Assembly (NCBI RefSeq): GCF_006345805.1
Contig: NC_042997.1
Span: forward strand, 174,530,001 to 174,594,000
Source: Octopus sinensis
Lineage: Eukaryota
Length of the DNA stretch: 64,000 nt
Direction: 5' to 3'
Below, one piece after another: positions 55,606 to 64,000 of the stretch. The notes beneath the pieces were generated by a model that searched no databases, was not told where the DNA came from, and saw only the letters and a list, made by a program, of their open reading frames with translations. The stretch's first letter is position 1. The number at the start of each line of letters is the position of its first letter. The translations under genes and the position numbers were made by a program.

Positions 55606-55810
55606 AGTTAATCCAAACAAGAAAGCACAAAAAACACAACAACGTGAGGACGTGGAACAAATATAGTATTATTGGACGCTCAGGAAAGAGGAAAGAAGGA
55701 GGGTTTTAACGTTTCGAGCGGAGCTCTTCATCGGAAACATAGGAGAGGAAAGATCAGAGAAGGGAAGACAAAGGGAAAAATCGCCAACGGTACACACGCG
55801 GTCACATTTT
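55606..55810 (-). mobile_element. Penelope-like terminal (pLTR-like) repeat between (TA)n tracts, with hammerhead-like motif
   Basis: Minus strand CCGATGA-A-GAGC-tcc-GCTC-GAAACGTT at 55703-39; flanked by TA microsatellites. Confidence 0.45.
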
Positions 55811-56144
55811 ATATGTAATATATATATTATATAGATATATAATATATAATATATATATATATAATATATATATATATATTTTCTATATTATATATGAATT
55901 TATATCTATAAATGCCTAACATCTATACAGCCTTGGTTTTTTTAATCTTATTACGCAAAAAATTCATATATACACACGCTGACATGGAACCAACGTTGAA
56001 CCCTTTATTCACAATATTACCGAATGTGGAACTTAACTATAGTCTGTCTATAGCACTTATTCAGCATTACCTGACACCTTTGGGTCTCAATGACACCATT
56101 ACTTCTTATATATATATATATATATATTAATATATCAGAAAGGC

Positions 56145-56240
<96 letters not shown>

Positions 56241-56241
<1 letters not shown>

Positions 56242-56396
56242 CGCACCTTCCTTCCAATCACTGCTGTAAACAGCGGAAGTGAGCTAGAACGTTAAAACTC
56301 TGAACACAGTAGAGTTCATCTGTGTCAATTTCAATCTACGTGCTTCAGCTTTGTTTCTATGGCAACAGTCCGGATTCTTATTGATCAGGCCTTTTA
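56241..56396 (-). mobile_element. Third 5' fragment of the same mariner family
   Basis: Reverse complement ggcctgatcaataagaatccggactgttgcc...cacttccgctgtttacagcagtgattggaagga aligns to 36895-37060. Confidence 0.75.
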
Positions 56397-56799
56397 CCTG
56401 TTTCAACCATTGGACTTCGGCCAAGCTAAGAAACTGTTCTGAATCAACTTAAGTACGTATTTTTTAAAACCTGGTACTTATTCTATTGTTTCTTATACAA
56501 TAACGCGAAGTTACGGCGATATAAATACACCAGCAACGACAATCAAGCGTTGATGGGGGACAAACACAAACACAAAGACACACACACACACACACACACA
56601 CCACACACACACACACACACACATACATACAAGTATGTATACGACAAGGCTTATTTCAGAGTCCGTCTACTAAATTCGTATACATGATTTTGATCGGCTT
56701 TGGCCTATAGCAAAAGATACTCACCGAAGGTACCACGCAGTGGACTAAACCCGAAACCATGTGATTGGGAAGGAAACTTCTTTCCACATACCCACGCCT
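56391..56799 (-). mobile_element. SINE family B, older and more diverged
   Basis: Modules recognisable with many substitutions. Other partial copies at 23340-23456, 46131-46290 and 58020-58190. Confidence 0.75.
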
Positions 56800-57297
56800 A
56801 CCCCTGCGTATAAATTGTACACTTTAAATAGGTATAAATTAGCATACTTCTAGATAGTGCATTTTATTCCAGTGGTCGGTGTTTTGTATCTATATGTCTA
56901 TACTCACCTATTATACATTTCATTGCTTTGTAATTTTTTAAATATATCTCTAATTTGCCAACAGTTTTCATTTTGTTTTTCATTTTATGAATATCCGCAA
57001 TTTGCATTTATACATTTCTAGTTTTCTATGCTTTACTGCCCATTATTTCTATAGATTTTATATCCACTTTAATACGAGTTTTGCCATTTAAATTTGCGTG
57101 GTGTATTCTTAAATATAGCCACGAAACACGTGTCGTTATTCTACAAATTATATATGTTATTATTTTTTTTTTGCAATTTACTTAATCAATGACATTTTAT
57201 TGTTATTTTGATTTTAATATTTCTATTATATGTAATTTTCTAGATGGTGTAATTTAATTTTTCTTTTATATGATTAAAGGTGTTTTTTTTCTAATTT

Positions 57298-57361
<64 letters not shown>

Positions 57362-57576
57362 TGCATGTATATATATATATAATATATATATATTATATAT
57401 ATATATATATATATAATAAATATTAGGGAATGAATCCAAAATTACAGGAAAAATCAGATTTAGGGTTAAATCCAATTTTATAGTAAATTATAATTCGAGA
57501 CAAAACCACTATTTTAAAACCAAACAAGGAAAGACTTAATCAATACATAAAATTTTAATATAAATTAAATAAACCG

Positions 57577-57620
57577 CCACTACAAATGTTTCATATCTGC
57601 TACCGACAATCTTCAGGTGG
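57577..57620 (-). ncRNA. Minimal type I hammerhead ribozyme-like motif
   Basis: CCAC CUGAAGA u UGUC-gguagca-GAUA u GAAA C-auuu-G UA GUGG: complete core, stem I CCAC/GUGG, GUA cleavage triplet. Confidence 0.55.
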
Positions 57621-57704
57621 ATTTTCGATCTTCTAATCAGTATAACACTATCCGTTATATATATATACAGAATATAAATGTGTGTGCGCGTGTATGTATG
57701 AATA

Positions 57705-57938
57705 CGGGGAGATACTGTTTAGTTCCTGGCTTTAAGGGTATCGTGAAAGGGTATCGTGAAAGGGTATCGTGATTGGACGCCAAAACTTCCGTGTTCTTTT
57801 ACTGCGCTTAGAAAAACTGAAGGAAAGCTGCAATAAGGGTGTGAATCTGAGAGGGGAATGTGACTAATAAAATCAGAATTTACTGATCCTCCTGTATCTT
57901 CTTTTACTCAAAATCTGGAACTTTTCAGCCACTCCTCG
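57705..57938 (+). mobile_element. Mariner-derived MITE (234 bp)
   Basis: Imperfect TIRs cggggagatactgtttagttcctgg / cgaggagtggctgaaaagttccaga with TA on both sides. Internal remnant CNKGVNLRGECD* resembles the mariner C-terminus. Contains 3 x 13-bp aagggtatcgtga at 57734-57772. Confidence 0.75.
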
Positions 57939-57947
57939 TATATATAC

Positions 57948-57978
<31 letters not shown>

Positions 57979-58643
57979 TGTATGTATGTATGTATGTATG
58001 TATGAATGTATGTAATGTTTCTTTGTTTGTGTGTGTCTGCGTTTGACCCCTAACACAGCTTGACGGCCGGTTCGGAAAAAAAGACCCATAGAATAACAAT
58101 GAAACTTAAAAAACAATAAGTACAGAGGGCTGGATATATCCGATTAAAAACTTCTTCTAGACGGTACCCCTGTATGACTGCGGTCAATTCAATTATTACT
58201 CAGTGCAACTGTATTTCAAGTCAGCTAAATAGAAGTTGACCTGGACTGAATTTCAACTCAGAAACTTAAGAGGTGTGACTTTACATCATAATTCCTATTT
58301 TTCTTTTTTTTTTTCCTGTCTATCTAATCCTTGCAATCGCTCTCTCTCACTACCAGCCAATTTTTTCTACACTCAAACTTTTTTTATATAGATGTGTACG
58401 CTATATGTATATATGGGGGGGGGTATACATAAACATACACACACACACATAAAATATGCGTATCCAAATTAACATACACAAACGTATGTTACTGCAATAC
58501 GATTATTTTTACCCATTCATATTACGACTTTGCAATGTTATGCATATGCTGTCACAGACATTTTGTATTTAGCCCAACACAGCATTAATATGTTTACAGG
58601 AGTTCTTTAATATACATACATACATACATACATACATACATAC

Positions 58644-58688
<45 letters not shown>

Positions 58689-58737
58689 ATATGTATATAT
58701 ACATATACATACATACTTACATATATATATATATATT

Positions 58738-58781
<44 letters not shown>

Positions 58782-61298
58782 AACAGAATAGGCATATATG
58801 TACATATACGCTAATTGTATGTATGCATGTATGTCTATCTTTTCAGATACCAGCTTGCCGCTGTATAGAATTATATTCCTTAGTCTTGTACGAATCTTGT
58901 ATTTTGAGTGACAAGCTCACTATAATTGCGATATTTTCATGCTGTTTCTTGATGTTACATACGCCAACTCTAGGCAAAATCTCTGCAGTATTCATTTTAT
59001 CATTGAGAAGGATGGTTGGCACTGCAGATTAAAAGCTTCCGATCTTCTTATGCATTTCCTCTTCTATATCCAAATTTCATTTATATTCCGGCGTAATTTT
59101 GTAGTAAACACCTGATACACCTGATATACCTAATAGGTTCCAATTTTGATCTGTAATTCAATATGATATTTCGGCGTGAACATTTCTATATTTCATTCAA
59201 AGAATTCCTCATTGTCTACTGTGATCTTTAACATAATTTGCTCATCAAACCTGGCAGCTTGAATAGCGTTGCTTCCTTTGTTCATTGTTATGCTTTTCCA
59301 TTTATAATAGCAAATAATGAATTTAATATGCGATACAATGTGTTCTAATAAACGAATTTCTTGAAACTATTCTTCAGCCTAACATCATATATAAAAAAAA
59401 TACCTTTAAAAAAGCGAATGCACATTGGTAAAGTGTGTGATTAATTAAACAAAGTTTCCAAAAAGCGATCCAAGACGAGAAATTCAAAAGAGTGTAAAGA
59501 CGAAAAAAATGAAATTAGAAATAACTGAAGAATTTGAAAGGAGAATGACATGAGCTAATAAACAGAAAAACAGAAAATGTGAAGAATAAAAATAGTGCTT
59601 ATCTTAATTGAGCTGACGACTTTATCATCACGATGCAATTGAAGCTAGTAGATAAACATACATGCACACACACACACACACGAACATAAACACACAACAC
59701 ATCATCATAGTAGCATTGAAAAGAGGAAGGAAGACTGGTTTACTCGACCATACAACAAATAAATTATTTCCAATACAGACCGAAACTTTATATCGTGTGT
59801 GAACCAACATACAGATTGCAACTGCTGATCCTTAACCTCCTCACTTATATGTGACATATAGAGCATGCTTAACATCTTCGTATTCGATTTCACCAGAAAT
59901 GCATGCAAACCTATCTTACCAGCATTTATTTCCATTCATCTCTTTATCCTGGAATTATAAGGCCTACGAATCAGAATGTACCAGCCACCTATCCAACATG
60001 GAATACCATTCACAAAGCCACTCTGTTTTAAAAGTGCCCATAACAGCAGATTACGCTTAAGCAAAAGTTCTACATAAAACTGCAAATGATATCATTTAAT
60101 TGTTGATCGAACAAATTAAATAGTTGTCGTCATTGAAGATTACCGATATAACAAAAACCCTGTGAAGTAGTTGCGATCTGGTGATCTTAAGTCTGTCTCA
60201 GGTGGTCCTCTTCACACAAAACTAATCTAGCTAATAACAACAGTATCTCTGGCCATCAACATATACACACATCTGACCTGCCTTCAGGAACGAGAATCGA
60301 TAGCAAATATTTTGAAATGCATCAGTCATCAAATATTGCCTGAACGAGCATATGCATGCGACAAAAGGAGCAAGTAACCCCAAGAGTAATGAAAGGAATC
60401 ATCGATTCCTCATAAGTATAAGTTTTATAAGTATACAGTGGTTGTTTTTATTTTTCTGTTTCTAAAAGTGTGTGCTTATGCGTATGATGTGTATGTGTAT
60501 ATCTATGAGTGTGTGTGCATGTGTGTGTGTGTGCGTGTCTGTGTGTGAGTGTGTGTGTGGTTGTGTGTGTGTGTCTGTATGTGTATAAGACAGGTTTTGA
60601 GTGTGTGTGTGCATATGTTCCTTATGTATTCGAAAACTTACTTGCCGATTTTGACTATGGGGTAATCTTTCGGCTACCAAATAAACTTTATTTTCATTTA
60701 CATACTTGCATTACAAAAATTTAACATTATAATCTTTCTATAACTCAACTATCGTAAACGACATTTTATACCATCACCACAACGTCACATCTATATCTAT
60801 ATATAAGCAGATGCCTGTGTATTTGTATGTCTGTGCATAATGCCAATGAGGGAATGAGAGGGGATAGAAAGAAACGGAGAAGCAAAGTGAAAAAGTGGAT
60901 CTTTACTTCTCCTCCTCCATCTCCTCATTCGTCACAACGTTTTTCGATAGAGGGAGAAATGTAAATAGTGTAAATTTCGCACAAAAATGTTCTCACTCTC
61001 TACAAGATGAGACGGGGTAGATGTTGATGATTAGTATTCTACATTAAAGTAAAGATGATTACAGGTATCCACAGTAAGGTTACTAGAGACTCCTGTACGG
61101 TGACATTTTTTTCCGTGTGTCGTAATCAAGTGGTGATTAGCAGTATGCCTACTGAGTAAAAACCTCGCTGAGATCAACTTTGTCTTTCATCCTTCTGCAG
61201 TCGATAAAAGATGTACTAATCCTGGATGGTGGACTGCTGTAAGAAATTTGGAGTTAACGTTCCCGCACTTTTGAGTTCGAAACATACCATAGCCTACA

Positions 61299-61698
61299 TC
61301 TATATATATAAAAGAGAGGTTGTGTGCTGTCTGTCTCCTACGATTTAGATTCCTAACTACTCCCACATTTTGCGGTGCAGTTCAACCAAAACCGGGTATC
61401 TTATAGTTGTGATTCATATCGAGCCCTTCTGGGTATTAGCGCGCGTCTACGATGAGTCTACGATTTAAAAAAAAATTTACCATCAATTTTTCCCATTTTT
61501 AATGCATTTTTGGCATATATAAGGGAAGTAACTCTCTAAAAATTTATTATTAAATCTCAGAACGTAAAAAGCTTCAGTAACACCCCCCCCCCCTTTGTGG
61601 TTAGCCATATTGAGATGGCTATTATACTTTACATCTCTAAAAATGCTTATATAGTTATTTCCCTTACAAACCCGAGCAACGCCGGGCGATACTGCTAG
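61299..61698 (+). mobile_element. Non-autonomous Helitron
   Basis: A|TCTATATATATAAA start, 3' hairpin cccgagcaacgccggg, CTAG|T end, no TSD. Confidence 0.9.
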
Positions 61699-62882
61699 TA
61701 AGTAATAAATTCATTTCATTTCCCAGGGGCCAGTTTAATACTACCAACTAGCACTCAAAGTGTTAAGCATTAAGCAGGCAGTCGGCAGCCGAAAGGTCTC
61801 CGATTTGTTTATACATTTCTCTTTCGCTTCCGCCAGGTTCAGAGACCCTGTAAAGTGTTATGGGCGTTAGCTTTTCCCCTAACCTAAATGGAAATTATTG
61901 ATTTCAAATTTTGGCGCAAGACCAGCAAATTTTGGGGTAAGGGTTAAATTGATTACACCGATCCCCAGTGTACAACTAGTACTTATTTTACCGACTCCAA
62001 AAGGATGAAAGTCAAAGTCGACGTTGGCGGAGTTTGAAATCAGAACGTAAAGGCGGACTAAATGTCGCATTGCATTTTGCCCAGCACGCTAACTATTCTG
62101 CCATCTCAACAAAAAGTAAAATATTAGTCGTTGTCAGATCTCCGATTTGAAGATATCTTTATGTCTTCCTCTGGCTAGTTTTGGAGATCCGACAAAGTTT
62201 TACGGGCCGTATCGCAACCTCTGATTGAATTATACATTTAAAAAAAGTTGATATGTAGTTTGTAGTAGACGCATCTCATTTTCAGCTCAGTGGATTGGAG
62301 CAACATGAAGTGAAATGACTTGCCCAAGAATACAACGGGCTCCCCAATCCGGAGATCGTTCCAACAGCCTTACATGCGTAAGTCCAAGGCCACTCGCTCA
62401 ATCTCCCGTAAATGATATGAAGACTAACCTAGAGTAAACTCCAAGCTCTTTGACTGATTTTAATGATGTACAGTACACAGCGGTGCCAATATTTGTGCTT
62501 GGCCTCCGGTCTGAGAATACCCTACCCTCCACATACTTTCTTCTGCTAGTCGCAAAAACACTGAAAATGTTCAGGAGCATTGCGCTCACTTTTGCTTCTA
62601 AAAAATAGATGAAGCGATTATAGTAACCAAATCTTTCTTAAATTATACTCCTGCAACTTATTTAAAGAAGGAAATACATATTGGATTATTTAACTAGAGT
62701 AGATAAAATGTCTCAAAAGACTAGATGGGCATGGCAAGAATGTCTTTAATCTTAGCTCAGTTCGATCAGGGCAAAACAACAACTTATCAATGTTACTTGA
62801 GGATATTGAAATGCAAAAATCGTCTTCGTTTGGGTTTGTCCTCCCAATACTGAGAGAGCAACTAAACGAATCTCTGAAAAAA

Positions 62883-62921
<39 letters not shown>

Positions 62922-63814
62922 AGGCTTTCTTTTTTGTTCGTTCGTGTCGCTAAAATTTCTATCGATTTTTATGTATTTTAAATTGAATTTCTTTTTTCAT
63001 TTGTTTTTATGCAAAATTTTAAAAATTAATAAGAAATTTAATAAGACAAACAATTTGTGATGTTTAATGTTTTTGTTGATTTTATTTTTTTTTATTTTGT
63101 CGAGGGTTTTTTTTTTTTATTTTTTTACTTTTTTCAAACCCAAAATTTGTACGAGTAAAAAATTAATAAGAAACATTATGAAAGAAGCCATAAATTTATC
63201 AAAAATCAGCTAGAAATAGCGATTATCAATCACAAAAGACAATAAAATTACATCTACTACAACAGCACCGCCACCATTGCCACTACCATACCATTAGCAG
63301 CAGCAGTAGCAACTGCAAAACTGATTGCAATTTTCGCTCGTTTCATTGGCTAATTGTATATATTTTGTTAATTTATTTTCCTGGGGTTTTTTCGTGTTGC
63401 TTTTGCGTCTTTTTTTTTTTTTTTGTAGTTTCACTTTTATTTGTTTTATGTATTTTTAAGTTTCGCTTTCTTTTTTTTGCTGTAGTTTTTTTTGTTTTTG
63501 TTTTTTCTTTCACTTTTTTTTCTAAAAAGAAAATTATTCATCATGAACGAATCAAAGGAAAATGATAAGGACACGGTTCAAAAAAGAAGTTTTATTTGAT
63601 TTTTAAAGAGAAAAGAATTATCTTATAAGGTTTGCAAAGAAGTGTGTGTCGCAGCAATTATCAGAGATAATATCTAAATGAATATCTCAGCCAATTATCG
63701 CAGTTCGGAAACATTACACTAAAAGTCTGCTAGCATCCACCCGCCGGTACCCTTCTTTTAACAACTCGCTGCTGCTATTACAACTATCTCTATCGCTTCT
63801 GCCATTAGCCACAC

Positions 63815-64000
63815 ATCACCATTCTACCATCATCAGCTCCTCCTCCAATAACGTAACTAGTTCCATCATCACCACCACCACCACCATTCTTACTGCCACT
63901 ATCACCATCACCACCATCACCACTACCACCACCACCACCACCACTATCACAACCACCACCACCACCACCACTATCAGCACCATCACCACCACCACCACCA
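63815..64000. repeat. (CAC/CAT)n tract running off the window end
   Basis: Directly visible. Confidence 0.9.

Noticed and set aside
59705-60060. Possible hAT zinc-finger remnant on the minus strand
   Set aside because: A few W-containing words only; the motif spacing is not convincing.
60789-61060. Helitron-like 5' end tctatatctatatataag
   Set aside because: I could not find a matching 3' hairpin or CTAG.
62933-62952. miR-375-like tttgttcgttcgtgtcgc
   Set aside because: Only the first 12 nt match from memory, and there is no complementary arm within pre-miRNA distance because an (AAAT)n tract intervenes.

Overview
AT-rich, microsatellite-saturated eukaryotic DNA. The tRNA-derived SINE families and repeat landscape suggest a cephalopod such as Octopus (inference, not a database result). 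I could not identify a host gene; the best candidate is one spliced terminal exon on the minus strand (44569-44879). The window holds at least six short interspersed repeat families and a near full-length degenerate Tc1 (46937-48635) with its own promoter, 5'UTR intron and polyA signal. It also holds mariner remnants, two GG-ended MITEs with 8/9-bp TSDs, Helitron/Helentron elements with a Pif1 helicase remnant, and fragments of R4/Dong, CR1, L2/Jockey, Penelope-like and hAT elements. Most ORFs in the supplied track are microsatellite artefacts. Three observations stand out. (1) Three TSD-flanked SINE insertions have a head+unit+unit structure at the same GAAATA-NN-TATTTC junction, and each array carries private variants in both units, suggesting recurrent re-copying of the same RNA during reverse transcription. 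(2) Four hammerhead-ribozyme-like motifs occur in short repeats, one with a fully intact core. (3) There are local templated duplications, one with a 12-bp TSD. All alignments and translations were done by eye.
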